Below, in pieces: positions 9,147 to 19,548 of a stretch of 64,000 nt of DNA. The notes beneath the pieces were generated by a model, which was not told the DNA's origin, ran no database searches, and saw only the letters and a program-made list of their open reading frames with translations. Position 1 is the stretch's first letter, and each line of letters starts with the position of its first letter. Source of the stretch: Cenarchaeum sp. (GTDB lineage Archaea > Thermoproteota > Nitrososphaeria > Nitrososphaerales > Nitrosopumilaceae); NCBI GenBank assembly GCA_965206845.1, contig OZ242221.1, forward strand, positions 768,001 through 832,000. Reading direction: 5' to 3'. Position numbers and translations under genes: made by a program.

Positions 9147-9767
9147 TTAGAACCTCCAGAGCTTCGGCCTTACCAGCCTGAACCTTCTTCTTGTAATCAG
9201 GAGGCTCCAGTCGATGGACATGAACAGCAGCACCACGCCAACCCCGATCCCATCGGCAACCACTATTCCCACCAGCTGATCCTCGAAGAGCTGCAGGAAG
9301 GGAGTCAGGACGGCCTCGCTGATGGAGATCATTATGTAGTACGCCACCACCCTGCCAAGCCAGAAGCCGATGTACAGCCCAACGCTTCTTGCCCGCATCA
9401 TGCCGTAGGCCACAAAGAGCATGTTGCTGGGAAGCGGGCTCACTGCAAACAGAAACGACGCCACGGCATAGCCGTACCTCTTTTTGCCAAGAAACCTGCC
9501 GATCATGTCAAGGTTGGATCTGTGCTCGTCGTCGACGAATCTTCGAAGCATTGTGCTGACCCTCTTGAGAACAAACCTACCCAGGGTGGCGCCGGTTGCC
9601 CCCACCAGAGCCAGTGCGACGGGGTTCAGTGAGCTGTCCAGGGCATGAAATGAGACTAGCACGATCCACGACGGGGGCATCAGCAGCGGCGCGGCGTTGA
9701 TCGCCACAAAGAGAAGCAATATTCCCAGATACGAGAGCTCAGATACCGCCTCAAAGATGCCACTCAT
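9147..9767 (-). CDS. Membrane protein (DedA/VTT-like)
   Basis: Several TM segments, GATGATLG and FAVSPLPS; start placed at MSGIFE. Confidence 0.7.
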   Translation of the reverse strand: MSGIFEAVSELSYLGILLLFVAINAAPLLMPPSWIVLVSFHALDSSLNPVALALVGATGATLGRFVLKRVSTMLRRFVDDEHRSNLDMIGRFLGKKRYGYAVASFLFAVSPLPSNMLFVAYGMMRARSVGLYIGFWLGRVVAYYIMISISEAVLTPFLQLFEDQLVGIVVADGIGVGVVLLFMSIDWSLLITRRRFRLVRPKLWRF

Positions 9768-9940
9768 CTGCTGACTGTAGCGGGAACCAATTCTAAAAGC
9801 ATTGGGTAGTCGGGCGAGCCCGCACCGGACGGTGCGCAGATGTGCCATGCATGGCATGAGCCAGGCCTGCTCTGCAGAGACACGGGACGGTTTTATAGCT
9901 CTTTGGCAAGTGATTAATAGCGGGTGGAGAAGAGGCAGGC

Positions 9941-10453
9941 ATGGTGGACAAGTACGAGGATCCTTTTGTCAGGATTGCGTTCATGATTGGGGGGGACGAG
10001 TACCTCAAGGTTGCAAGATCACTGCTCAAGTCCAGGGATGCCACCGATGAAGAGATTGCAAGTTCCACCGGGCTTAGGATCAACATGGTCAGAAAGGTTC
10101 TGTATGATCTGTTTGGCAAGTCCCTGATTACAGGCATTCGCGTAAAGGATGAGAAGAAGGGCTGGTTCGTCTACAGGTGGCGCTCCCGCAGGGAAGAGGT
10201 CGAGGGATTTATAGAAAACCAGAAGAAGACGATTGCCGAAAGACTGCAACAGAGGCTGGACTATGAGAATCTGTCGGATTTTTACCACTGCGGAAACAGT
10301 GACTGCGTCAGAATGCCCGCAGTGGATGCTCTCGAGTACGACTACAGGTGCCCGTCGTGCGGGAAGATCATGAACCAGAAGATCAACGACAGAGCCAAGC
10401 AGGCCTTTGCCAAAAAGATCGACAAGATAAGAAAGGACATGCTGCAGGCCTAG
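9941..10453 (+). CDS. tfe: Transcription factor E (TFIIE alpha)
   Basis: TDEEIA..VRKVLYDL, GWFVYRW, and Zn ribbon C..C...CPSCG. Confidence 0.9.
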   Translation: MVDKYEDPFVRIAFMIGGDEYLKVARSLLKSRDATDEEIASSTGLRINMVRKVLYDLFGKSLITGIRVKDEKKGWFVYRWRSRREEVEGFIENQKKTIAERLQQRLDYENLSDFYHCGNSDCVRMPAVDALEYDYRCPSCGKIMNQKINDRAKQAFAKKIDKIRKDMLQA

Positions 10454-10963
10454 CGCGTTCCGCAGTTGTGTGGTGTGGGATCGCCAGACAGTGGAGCCGC
10501 CATGGTCCTGGCACGCGCCGGCACGCCCATTTTCAGGCAACTGATCCCCGGATAGGCAGCATCCAAGGGCGACCGCAACCTGCAGGGACGTACGTGGCCG
10601 GCCTGACCCTGGCCTGCCCGGATTTTGCATTTATGGTAGATATTGGATATTTTCTTTAACTTTGTACCATACGTGATCAGATGTATTAAATATAATAAAG
10701 TGCAAGGTATGCTGACGAGGACGCATGAAACGGCTTCAGCTCTGAGCTTTGGAAGCCAGCAGAGGTGCAGGAACACCTTGAGCCCTGAAGTACCGACGGG
10801 GTTCATGATTCCTCATACTCCTCGTCCATCATCCTGCCATGACCCAGCCGTTCCGGAATGATCGGGATCGCGCAGATGCTGCTCTGCTGTCCTGCCTGAT
10901 GCACCAGCGTGTCACGGGTTCTGCAAGCGGCAAAAAAGGCTCGCGCGCGGACACAGGCCCGAT

Positions 10964-12292
10964 CTAGCAGTAATCGTCCAATGAGACCTCGTCTGATCCG
11001 GGAATCTTTGCCACTTCAAAGCCCTCAGGCCTCTTTGAGAGCGGCCGCGTGGCATCAATCCCCATCTTCGCGGTTCGCAGATTCTCCTGGTCGCTGGAAG
11101 GATCCAGGCTCGAGCCACGCACGTCCTTGATTATCACCAGATCCCTGTCCGCCTGGAACCTGGTTGCCATTGCATACTCGACTGACTCGGCCGAGTCGGG
11201 ATCAATATCGGGATCCACCACGGTGACCTGCTTTAGCGAGCGGTGGAGCCGGAACATCTTCTGAATGATCTCCTTGGGATCCAGGTCGGATCTCTTCTCG
11301 GCCTGGACTACTGCGTGAAGCCAGCTGCATCCCCCGTCGGTCATCGATACCCGCCGGGTTTGGGGGAAGGCCATTCTCATCTCATAGTTGAGCTTTGACT
11401 CTATGGGCATCCCCATCAGCAGCCTGTGTTCGGAGAACCCCGACAGAATGTCGTGAAAGATCGGATCGTTCCTAAAGTAGAGGGACTCCAGCTCAAACAC
11501 CGGCTGGTCGCGCCTGTGGTCATACGTCTGGAGCATCTCGACCATCCACTCCGGATGGGTTACGTCCTGAAGAATTCTTCCCTCCATGACGATCTCGGAC
11601 TCGGAGGGAACAAGCATCCCCGAGTACGGGCACCCTGCAAGGGTCAGGTTCCCGTCCAGGATCGAGTTTGCGATGTTCAGCTCATCGTTCCCCCACTCCG
11701 CCTGGTACGCGCCGGCAATGGAGACGGCCGGATGCACCCCCACGGTAACGGAGACCCTGAGATCCTCGCCATGCTGCTTCGCATCAGTAAAGCACCGGTG
11801 CAGGTGCCGCTCCTCAACCATCCTTACAGAAAAATGGGTTCCGTCAACGGGCATCATGCGGTGAAACGACGAGTTCTGCCTCTTGGACTCGGGGTTTTGC
11901 GCATAGACTATCGACGAGGTGATAAAGGGTCCCGGCTCCTTCTCAAAGTGTGTGACAACCGGAAGGGATGACGCGTCCCGGGATCTGTTCTCCATGAACC
12001 TTCCCCGTTCTGTGGTATGCGGTTTTGCCGCCCCGTCGATGCAGGAGATCATTCTTTTGTGAATGTCGTCCCTGCCGGAGCCTACTGCCATGGCAAACCT
12101 TTCCCGGGTTCCGACCAGGTTTGACACGAGCCGGAATCTGCTTCCCTCTATGTCCTCAAACATTATGGCGCGGCGCCCGTCGGCCTTGGCGGTAACCGCG
12201 GCTATCTCGTACCGTGCAGATACCTGCCTTTTTACCACCATCAGATCTTTGGATCTCTCCACTGCAGAAAGATACCCCCGGAGGTCAGACAT
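10964..12292 (-). CDS. UbiD-family prFMN-dependent decarboxylase
   Basis: VVDPDIDP, ATRFQADRD, SSLDPS and KMGIDAT motifs; start placed at MSDLR. Confidence 0.9.
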   Translation of the reverse strand: MSDLRGYLSAVERSKDLMVVKRQVSARYEIAAVTAKADGRRAIMFEDIEGSRFRLVSNLVGTRERFAMAVGSGRDDIHKRMISCIDGAAKPHTTERGRFMENRSRDASSLPVVTHFEKEPGPFITSSIVYAQNPESKRQNSSFHRMMPVDGTHFSVRMVEERHLHRCFTDAKQHGEDLRVSVTVGVHPAVSIAGAYQAEWGNDELNIANSILDGNLTLAGCPYSGMLVPSESEIVMEGRILQDVTHPEWMVEMLQTYDHRRDQPVFELESLYFRNDPIFHDILSGFSEHRLLMGMPIESKLNYEMRMAFPQTRRVSMTDGGCSWLHAVVQAEKRSDLDPKEIIQKMFRLHRSLKQVTVVDPDIDPDSAESVEYAMATRFQADRDLVIIKDVRGSSLDPSSDQENLRTAKMGIDATRPLSKRPEGFEVAKIPGSDEVSLDDYC

Positions 12293-12626
12293 CCCGCACC
12301 ATCTCCAGTACGTCGCCCATAAGGATTTTAGCTGTGGCCGCATCCATCTCGCTCCGTATGCTGAAGGAGACTATTGCAATTCCCCTGGTATGGCTGCTGA
12401 TCCTCTCGGCGATCAGCCTCAAAAAAAGTGACTCGGCCTTGGCAGGAATTACGGTTGTGGTAACCGGCCCCGGATCGGTGCCAAGGGACACCACCATGGC
12501 GCCCAGACTGTCGGCGCCCTCGGTTATGGATACAAAGTCCCCGTTATCAAACCTCAGCAGCCTTACAGAGAATCCGCGATCGGCCACCCGGACGGTTTTT
12601 TGGTAAAACCTGGATGCCTTGGTCAA
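12285..12626 (-). CDS. Hypothetical protein (possible proteasome assembly chaperone 3/4-like fold)
   Basis: Coding-like ORF overlapping the ubiD start; family recalled, not certain. Confidence 0.5.
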   Translation of the reverse strand: MTKASRFYQKTVRVADRGFSVRLLRFDNGDFVSITEGADSLGAMVVSLGTDPGPVTTTVIPAKAESLFLRLIAERISSHTRGIAIVSFSIRSEMDAATAKILMGDVLEMVRDV

Positions 12627-12638
12627 CAGGTACCTGAA

Positions 12639-12887
12639 TCAGTCTACAGTTTTTAACGCTATTGATTCAGATTCTTTGGAGTCGGCCTCCACCCTTGCCC
12701 GGAGTTTGGCCTTGTACTTTAGGTTTCGCGGTTTGGTTCTGAGCCTGTATCCACAGCATGGACACCACAGACCCTCCCACTTGATGAAGATCTCACAAAT
12801 TTGGCATCGCCTCTGTCCGGACGCATATCTTCCGGTGCCCACAGGTTTTTGTGCCTTATATCTAATGCATATTCCCTTACAAGTCAC
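12639..12887 (-). CDS. Small Cys-rich Zn-finger protein
   Basis: CKGIC, CQICE and CPCCG motifs with a basic tail. Confidence 0.75.
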   Translation of the reverse strand: MTCKGICIRYKAQKPVGTGRYASGQRRCQICEIFIKWEGLWCPCCGYRLRTKPRNLKYKAKLRARVEADSKESESIALKTVD

Positions 12888-13047
12888 TTACTATTATATA
12901 GAATATGTAGGTATATAAGCATGGATAAGAGATTTCTTGAAAAAACCTATCGCATTTTACTTGAGATTAGCATGTACAAATAACATGTCCTAGAAAAATT
13001 GGGAAAAGTTTGAAGAATGTTCTAATTTATAAGGCTGGCTCCCGCCA

Positions 13048-14410
13048 AACTCTGTTTCCTAATTATTTCCAGTCACGCCTAATGGCTCCAAAATCAGGCC
13101 AGACTAGGCAAGCCAGCTGAATTTGAGCTTCACATCAGGCATTTTCAACAAGAAGCCATATTGATCAGAGAGGCGTGCCGGTAGTCAGGCTGCGAAACAT
13201 GACCACAAACACCTCCTCTCCGAATACACCCGACCCACATAATACTAAAAAATCTTTCAATCCGAAAAAATGCAGGCTCCAGTACGATGACCGCAAGTAC
13301 ATAGACCGTGGCCAGCTGTACGTGCTTCAGATAAGCATGGCGATCCTAAAACAGGGCCTGGAGGAGCTAAATCATGGAAAGGTCGGCCGCCCGTTTGGCT
13401 TTTCAAACGCATGCTTTGCGGCAGCATCCCTATTCAGAAACGCCACGGGCATAAAGTACAGGCAGCTGCAGGGCCTGGCAGAGGCAATCGTCGGCAGGGT
13501 AAATGCGCCCACATACTCGGCATTCCAGAAGAGGATGACAAAACTCAGCTGCGTTTTTGATGAGAAAGGCAGTGGCAATACGGCTGCCGCATGGTTCTCA
13601 GACGGCAACACGAGAACCGAGATAAGCCTGTTTGCCTTTGACTCCACCGGACTCAAGCCTACAAACCGCGGTGACTGGATGACAGAAAAGTGGGGCACGA
13701 GGCGCGGATTCATAAAGCTGCACGTGGGCGTGGACACCAAGACCAAGAAGATCTATGCCGTGGTCATAACTGACGACAAGTGCGGAGACTCCCCACAGTT
13801 TGAGGAGCTGGTGGAGCAGGCTTTTGCAAATGCGGAAAAATCGCCAAACGCGGGTACGTCCGCAGACACCGGAGTCGCAGCTGACGGTGCGTACGATACC
13901 AAGAATATCCGCAGCTACTGCAACGAGCGCGGAACCAACCCGCTGATTCCCGTCCGCATTGATTTTGCCGGAAATGCAAACGGGTGCATGCCACGCAAGG
14001 AGGCAGGATTCAGGCAGCTTGGCGGTTTTGACCACATAGACAAGAAGACAGAACACGGGTTTGCAGATCTTACGCGCGAGCAAAAGGGGGAGCTCCAGAA
14101 GGCATGGCGGAAAGAGTCAGGATACAACGACAGGTGGGCAGTCGAGATCGCCTTCTCCACATTCAAACGGGTCCTCGGTGAGTGCGTGAACGCACGAAAG
14201 TGGGAGAACGTCAAGACCGAGATATACGGCAAGGTGTGGCTGTACAACCATCTGATTGACACGGCAATTGACAACGGGTATGGCACGCCAAGGGTGGTGT
14301 GCCCGTCTGTAAAACCGGCCCCGAAGACAGCAAGACAGGAGGGGAGGCAGTGACATAGACAGAGTCACACAGGCGGGTGTCTGTGTGCCGCATAATTAGG
14401 AAACAGAGTT
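13048..14410 (+). mobile_element. IS5-family insertion sequence (about 1.36 kb)
   Basis: 19-bp TIR AACTCTGTTTCCTAATTAT (13048-13066 / 14392-14410), 8-bp TSD TCCCGCCA (13040-13047 / 14411-14418), DDE transposase inside. Confidence 0.92.
13175..14353 (+). CDS. IS5-family DDE transposase (IS903/ISH1-like)
   Basis: DSTG, KLHVGVD, ADGAYDT and YNDRWAVEIAFSTFK (YREK-type) motifs. Confidence 0.92.
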   Translation: MPVVRLRNMTTNTSSPNTPDPHNTKKSFNPKKCRLQYDDRKYIDRGQLYVLQISMAILKQGLEELNHGKVGRPFGFSNACFAAASLFRNATGIKYRQLQGLAEAIVGRVNAPTYSAFQKRMTKLSCVFDEKGSGNTAAAWFSDGNTRTEISLFAFDSTGLKPTNRGDWMTEKWGTRRGFIKLHVGVDTKTKKIYAVVITDDKCGDSPQFEELVEQAFANAEKSPNAGTSADTGVAADGAYDTKNIRSYCNERGTNPLIPVRIDFAGNANGCMPRKEAGFRQLGGFDHIDKKTEHGFADLTREQKGELQKAWRKESGYNDRWAVEIAFSTFKRVLGECVNARKWENVKTEIYGKVWLYNHLIDTAIDNGYGTPRVVCPSVKPAPKTARQEGRQ

Positions 14411-14479
14411 TCCCGCCAGATGACGGCCGGATGGCGCTTCCCAATAAGATATAATTAAGGTGACAGATCGAATCCGAAT

Positions 14480-15559
14480 ATGAAGGGTGTTGTTTATGAG
14501 GAATACGCACCAGATGACGATTTTGCAAAGATCCTTCGCGTCAAGGATCTGGACGACCCAAAACCCAAGGCCGACGAGGTGGTGTTTCAGGTCAAGGCCG
14601 CCGCACTAAACTACAATGACATCTGGGGAATGCGCGGATCACCCGTGCCGGTGCCACTGCCGCACATCTCCGGCTCCGATGCCGCAGGCGAGGTTATAGC
14701 AGTAGGCGAGGATGTAAAGAATATCCGGGTTGGTGACAGGGTGGTCTCCCACTCCAACATGTCCTGCCGGGTATGCAGGGCCTGCACGGACGGGAGGGAG
14801 TTTGACTGCGCCAAGAGAACGATCTGGGGATTCCAGACAGGACCCGTCTGGGGGGCATACTGCGAGGTTACGCACCTTCCCGAAGTCAACATCTCAAAGA
14901 TTCCCGACAGTGTCAGCTTTGACGAGGCGGCAGCTGCATCCATGACGCTGCTCACATCGTGGCACATGCTGGTGGGAAGGGCAAGGATCATACCGGGCCA
15001 GACGGTGCTTATCATGGGAGGCGGTTCCGGGGTAGGAAGCTTTGGAATCCAGATTGCCAAACTGTACAACTGTGACGTGATTGCCACGGCAAGTCCTGAC
15101 AAACTCAGCAAGTGCATCGAGCTGGGAGCAGACTATGCGGTGGATCACAGAAAGGACGACTGGCACAAAGAGGTCAGGGCCATAACAAAGAAGATAGCAA
15201 AGGAGAAGGGCGAGCAGCCTGGAATCGACATATCATTTGATCATATCGGCCAGACCCACTGGAACAAGCAGCTGACCCTGCTCAAGTACGGCGCAACCCT
15301 GGTCTCCTGCGGCGCCACCACTGGATATGACGCAAAGACAGACCTTCGTCACATATTCTTCAAGGGAACAAACATTCTTGGCTCCACCCAGGGAACAAAG
15401 GCAGAGCTTGACCAGGGCCTGTACTGGATGGGCAAGGGCAAGATCAGGTCGGTAATCGACTCCAGGCACTCCTTTGAGGAGGCAGCGCAGGCACACACCA
15501 AGATGCTGACTGGAAAGGGACTCTTTGGCAAGATCCTGCTCAAGCCAGAAGGTGCCTAG
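14480..15559 (+). CDS. Zn-binding NAD(P)H oxidoreductase (MDR; candidate acryloyl-CoA reductase of the 3HP/4HB cycle)
   Basis: ALNYND, GSDAAG, CRVCRAC and GGGSGVG motifs; the specific function is inference. Confidence 0.8.
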   Translation: MKGVVYEEYAPDDDFAKILRVKDLDDPKPKADEVVFQVKAAALNYNDIWGMRGSPVPVPLPHISGSDAAGEVIAVGEDVKNIRVGDRVVSHSNMSCRVCRACTDGREFDCAKRTIWGFQTGPVWGAYCEVTHLPEVNISKIPDSVSFDEAAAASMTLLTSWHMLVGRARIIPGQTVLIMGGGSGVGSFGIQIAKLYNCDVIATASPDKLSKCIELGADYAVDHRKDDWHKEVRAITKKIAKEKGEQPGIDISFDHIGQTHWNKQLTLLKYGATLVSCGATTGYDAKTDLRHIFFKGTNILGSTQGTKAELDQGLYWMGKGKIRSVIDSRHSFEEAAQAHTKMLTGKGLFGKILLKPEGA

Positions 15560-15566
15560 CCGCTAA

Positions 15567-16415
15567 ATGTCCGGACTCTTCCGCTCTCTACTCTTCATTC
15601 CCGGCAACAATCCACGGTTCCTGGAGAAGGCAAAATCAATTCCCGTGGACATAGCATGCTTTGACCTGGAGGACTCGGTGCCGGATGCGCAGAAGGGCGC
15701 CGCACGGGAGCTCGTCCGGGCAGCACTCAAGGAGCGTTCCGGATACACACCGTCGGTGTACGTCCGGACCAACTCTCCCGCATCGCCCCATATGTCAGAC
15801 GATTTGGATGCGGTGGTCTGCGAGGGGATAGACGGCATCGTGGTACCCAAGGTCGACAGCACGACAGAGATGAAGAGGATCGAGAGGGCGCTCTTGCATC
15901 TGGAGAGGGAGCGCGGGCTTGCGCGCACGCTCATAATTCCCTCCATCGAGTCCGCGCAGGGAGTCGTAAACTGCTATGGTATAGTATCGTACTCAGGGCG
16001 GGTGGCGGCAGTGATATTTGGCGTCTTTGACCTGCTCAACGACATGGGCATCGAGTACACCAAGCAGCCTCCCGGGGCAGAGTACTCCAGGGCAAAGATT
16101 CCCGTGGATGCCAGGGCCGCAGGAGTGGCCGCCATAGATGCCATCTGGCAGGATCTTCATGATGAAGACGGGCTTGAGGACGACTGCAGGATCGGCAGGA
16201 GCCTGGGCTACGCAGGCAAGAGTGTCATACACCCAACCCAGATATCCATGGTGCACCGGGTGTTTCACCCCACCGCAGCAGAGATCCAATGGGCAGAGAT
16301 GGTCCGTGACGCATACCAGAGTGCAGTGAAAGGCGGCCGGGGGGCCACCACCGTGGACGGCCACATGATAGACGAGGTGCACTACAAAAGGGCCATGGCC
16401 ATCCTAGACGGATAG
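15567..16415 (+). CDS. CitE/malyl-CoA lyase-like protein (HpcH/HpaI aldolase-citrate lyase family)
   Basis: RSLLFIPG, DLEDSV, PKV, IES and GKSVIHPTQ motifs. Confidence 0.9.
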   Translation: MSGLFRSLLFIPGNNPRFLEKAKSIPVDIACFDLEDSVPDAQKGAARELVRAALKERSGYTPSVYVRTNSPASPHMSDDLDAVVCEGIDGIVVPKVDSTTEMKRIERALLHLERERGLARTLIIPSIESAQGVVNCYGIVSYSGRVAAVIFGVFDLLNDMGIEYTKQPPGAEYSRAKIPVDARAAGVAAIDAIWQDLHDEDGLEDDCRIGRSLGYAGKSVIHPTQISMVHRVFHPTAAEIQWAEMVRDAYQSAVKGGRGATTVDGHMIDEVHYKRAMAILDG

Positions 16416-16572
16416 GGCCGCTGCCCCAAGGCCGATCCGGCGCAGGGCCGGCTCCCGTTCCGGGCCGCATAGCGGTATCTGGCCAGGCGCAAAGATCCGC
16501 AAGGGCGTGCATCTAAACCGGGTGTGGGTGTAGCCCGCGCCCGCCTTGAACTCTTTTATTTCAGAATGAGTA

Positions 16573-16917
16573 ATGGAATGTATCAGCTCCACAAGCATAT
16601 TCCAAGCAATTCACGAGGCAAAACTGGAGAGGCGCATAGAGGATCTGTTGCTGAAGCTGCTCAAGTACAACTCTACACCAAACGTCCAGGAGCCGCTCCG
16701 CCAGTTCTTGACAAACTACCAGATGGCCACAGAGTCGTTCTCGGACAGCTCCCAAAATGCCCACACATACGAAGATGTCCTTGAGTGCTACCACCAATAT
16801 GCCAAGAACCAGTGCATGATTGTAGAGACCCTACTAGAGAACCTGCGGTACACGCTGGACAAGGACGGAACCCGGAAGGAGCTCGCGATGATGCTCAAAG
16901 ACGGATTTACGTTCTAG
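16573..16917 (+). CDS. Hypothetical protein
   Basis: Helical ORF with coding-like composition. Confidence 0.6.
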   Translation: MECISSTSIFQAIHEAKLERRIEDLLLKLLKYNSTPNVQEPLRQFLTNYQMATESFSDSSQNAHTYEDVLECYHQYAKNQCMIVETLLENLRYTLDKDGTRKELAMMLKDGFTF

Positions 16918-17013
16918 TGGGGAATGTGGTATTCCTCGAGGGACTGTCGGGAGAAACCGGTCACATAGCAGAATGAATAAACATAACCGAACCCACCGCA
17001 TATATGGGTCAAA

Positions 17014-17739
17014 TTGTTTGATGTGCTGGATCCGGTAAATGCGATAACTCGGATGTACGAGGCAGGTAGATACGACGACGTCGTAGGCTACTGCAGAAGG
17101 ATGCTGGAGAGGGATCCGGGGGACATGACTGCGCTGCAGAACATGGCCACGGCGTTTATCCACCTGGGCGAGTTTGAGGAGGCGCTGGTCCACTGCGAGA
17201 AGGTGCTGGAGAGGAACGGCCATGACGAGTACGCCCTGAGGAACAAGATCTTTGCACTGGAGAACCTCAAGCGCCACCGGGAGGTCCTTCCGCTGGCAGA
17301 GCAGCTGGCCCTGCGCAACCCAAAGGACACCTGGGCCCTCAACAGCGCCGGCCTGGCGCTAAACGAGCTGAACCGAAACGGGGAGGCGTTGTCGTACTAC
17401 GACAGGGTGCTTGATGCGGATCCCGGCAACACGACTGCACTGCTGAACAAGGCAAACACCCTTGTATTCTTTAAGAGATACGAAGAGGCCATCGGCCTGT
17501 ACGACCGGGCACAGAGATCAGACCGCTCCCTCAAACAGGTAGGAAAGGTAAAAGCAGAACTGCTTGCAAGGCTGGAAAGGGAGGACGAGTCGTTTCTGGC
17601 GGCCCAGGGCGTCCTGCTAGACGACATGCCAGGCATCATAAGGCAGGCTGCCCAGAACAGGTGCACCGTGTTTCACCAGTTCTGTCTCAACGAGTACGAC
17701 TCGACGCGAACCGGCGCCGCAAGGCACGCGAAAGAATGA
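17014..17739 (+). CDS. Tetratricopeptide-repeat protein
   Basis: Repeated EAL..Y..VL..DP..TAL TPR pattern. Confidence 0.85.
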   Translation: MFDVLDPVNAITRMYEAGRYDDVVGYCRRMLERDPGDMTALQNMATAFIHLGEFEEALVHCEKVLERNGHDEYALRNKIFALENLKRHREVLPLAEQLALRNPKDTWALNSAGLALNELNRNGEALSYYDRVLDADPGNTTALLNKANTLVFFKRYEEAIGLYDRAQRSDRSLKQVGKVKAELLARLEREDESFLAAQGVLLDDMPGIIRQAAQNRCTVFHQFCLNEYDSTRTGAARHAKE

Positions 17740-17771
17740 TTTTATACGCACCGCACTCCAGTCAGGTTTAG

Positions 17772-18374
17772 ATGTTTACGGGGATAATCGAGGGAACCGG
17801 CACGGTGGAGAGCATAAGCCGCAGCACCAGCGGCCGGAGCGCCATCAGGATGACGGTGGACCTGGGCAAGAGTGCTCGGGGGCTGAAGATAGGTCAGAGC
17901 GTGGCGCTCAACGGCGTGTGCCTGACGGTGATAGAGCTAAACAAGGGCAGGTGCAGTTTTGAGATGATTCAGGAGACGGCAGAGAAGACCAGCATGGGAG
18001 ATCTGAAGAAGGGCAGCACGGTAAATATCGAGCGAAGCCTCAAGGCCAGCGACAGGCTGGAGGGGCACTTTGTCCTGGGCCATGTGGACGGCGTGGGCAC
18101 GATAGCGGAGATCCAGGAGAAGCCCGACGAGGTGCAGGTGTGGTTCCAGCTTCCCGAGGAGCTGACAAGGTATGTTGTCAAAAAGGGATCCATTGCCGTG
18201 GACGGCATCAGCCTGACCGTAGCGGATACCAGAAAAAACATGGCGTCTGTGTGCATGATCCCGCACACAATCCAGGTAACAAACTTTACACGCAAGGTCA
18301 AAGGCGACAAAGTTAATGTTGAAACCGACATTCTGGGCAAATACATTCTGGGGAAGAACAACCTACAAATTTAG
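17772..18374 (+). CDS. ribE: Riboflavin synthase (bacterial-type alpha chain)
   Basis: MFTGII, NGVCLTV, GHFVLGHVDG and DGISLTV motifs. Confidence 0.95.
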   Translation: MFTGIIEGTGTVESISRSTSGRSAIRMTVDLGKSARGLKIGQSVALNGVCLTVIELNKGRCSFEMIQETAEKTSMGDLKKGSTVNIERSLKASDRLEGHFVLGHVDGVGTIAEIQEKPDEVQVWFQLPEELTRYVVKKGSIAVDGISLTVADTRKNMASVCMIPHTIQVTNFTRKVKGDKVNVETDILGKYILGKNNLQI

Positions 18375-18430
18375 TGGTAGTTACCAGTTTTCTAGTAAGC
18401 TTTATAATCAGATCAGCCACGACCTACCAC

Positions 18431-19099
18431 ATGCACCTTGATGCCGCCATCGAGTCGCTACGGCATGGCGAGTTTGTCCTGCTGTATGACTCGGCAGGCC
18501 GTGAGAACGAGGTCGACATGGTGGTGGCAGCCGAGCACATTACCGCAGAGCACGTCGCGCGGATGCGGCAGCATGCCGGCGGCCTGCTGTGCACCGCAGT
18601 GGATCACGCCTTCGGCCAGAGGCTCGGCCTGCGCTACATACACCACATGCTCTCTGGCTCCCTTGATGCCGACGCCAAGGAGATGGTCATTGGACTGGCG
18701 CCCTACGGGGATCATCCAACGTTCTCAATCGCAGTCAATCACTACCAGACGTATACCGGCATTACGGACAGGGATCGCGCCCTGACCATACGGAAGATGG
18801 CAGAGCTGCACGACGCGGAGAACGCAAGGACCAAATTCATATCATCCTTTAGGACGCCAGGTCATGTGCCGCTACTCATGGCCGAGAACGGCCTGCTGGC
18901 CCGCAGGCGTGGACATACGGAGCTCTCTGTATACCTCTCAAAGATTGCCGGCCTCCGACCAGTCACCGCAATCTGCGAGATGCTGGACGCAGAGACGTAC
19001 TCCGCACTATCTGTGGCCAAGGCAGAGAGATACGCAAGGCAGAACGCCATTCCGTTTGTGAACGGACAGGGCCTTGTCGAGTATGCAAGGGTACACTGA
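18431..19099 (+). CDS. ribB: 3,4-dihydroxy-2-butanone-4-phosphate synthase
   Basis: RENEVD, TGITDRDRALT, PGHV, RRGHTE and CEML motifs. Confidence 0.93.
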   Translation: MHLDAAIESLRHGEFVLLYDSAGRENEVDMVVAAEHITAEHVARMRQHAGGLLCTAVDHAFGQRLGLRYIHHMLSGSLDADAKEMVIGLAPYGDHPTFSIAVNHYQTYTGITDRDRALTIRKMAELHDAENARTKFISSFRTPGHVPLLMAENGLLARRRGHTELSVYLSKIAGLRPVTAICEMLDAETYSALSVAKAERYARQNAIPFVNGQGLVEYARVH

Positions 19100-19101
19100 T
19101 C

Positions 19102-19548
19102 ATGAACATAGCCATCGTAGTCTCGGACTTTAACGAGGAGATAACATCAAGGATGCTCCAAGTGGCAAGGGAGAGGGCCTCGCTGCTGGGACTGGGGGTA
19201 GTCCATGTCAGCCATGTTCCCGGGGCATACGACATGCCACTGGTGGTGGATCACCTGCTCAGGAACCCCGGCATCGATGCCGTGGCAACACTGGGGGCAA
19301 TCATCCGGGGCCAGACAAAGCACGATGAGGCAATAGCGCAGGCAGTATCCCGGGCCCTGTCAGATCTGTCACTAAAGCACCAAAAGCCGGTATCCCTGGG
19401 AATCACAGGACCCGGGATGACCGAGCGCCAGGCATACGCCCGGATCAGGCCCGTAGCGGAGAGGTCGGTGGAGGCGGCAGCAAAGGTATCCCAAGAGATT
19501 GAGAGGATAAAGGCGGAGGGCGATCTTGTACCAGAGGATGGGCGATGA
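19102..19548 (+). CDS. ribH: Lumazine synthase
   Basis: VSDFNEEIT, VPGAYDMP and LGAIIRGQTKH motifs. Confidence 0.95.
   Translation: MNIAIVVSDFNEEITSRMLQVARERASLLGLGVVHVSHVPGAYDMPLVVDHLLRNPGIDAVATLGAIIRGQTKHDEAIAQAVSRALSDLSLKHQKPVSLGITGPGMTERQAYARIRPVAERSVEAAAKVSQEIERIKAEGDLVPEDGR

Noticed and set aside
10454-10963. ORFs or a MITE in the tfe-ubiD spacer
   Set aside because: No credible protein, TIR pair or TSD found by eye.
13048-14410. IS5 transposase as mobiliser of the tnpB element
   Set aside because: Both have 8-bp TSDs, but the TIR sequences are unrelated apart from a short AATTAT.
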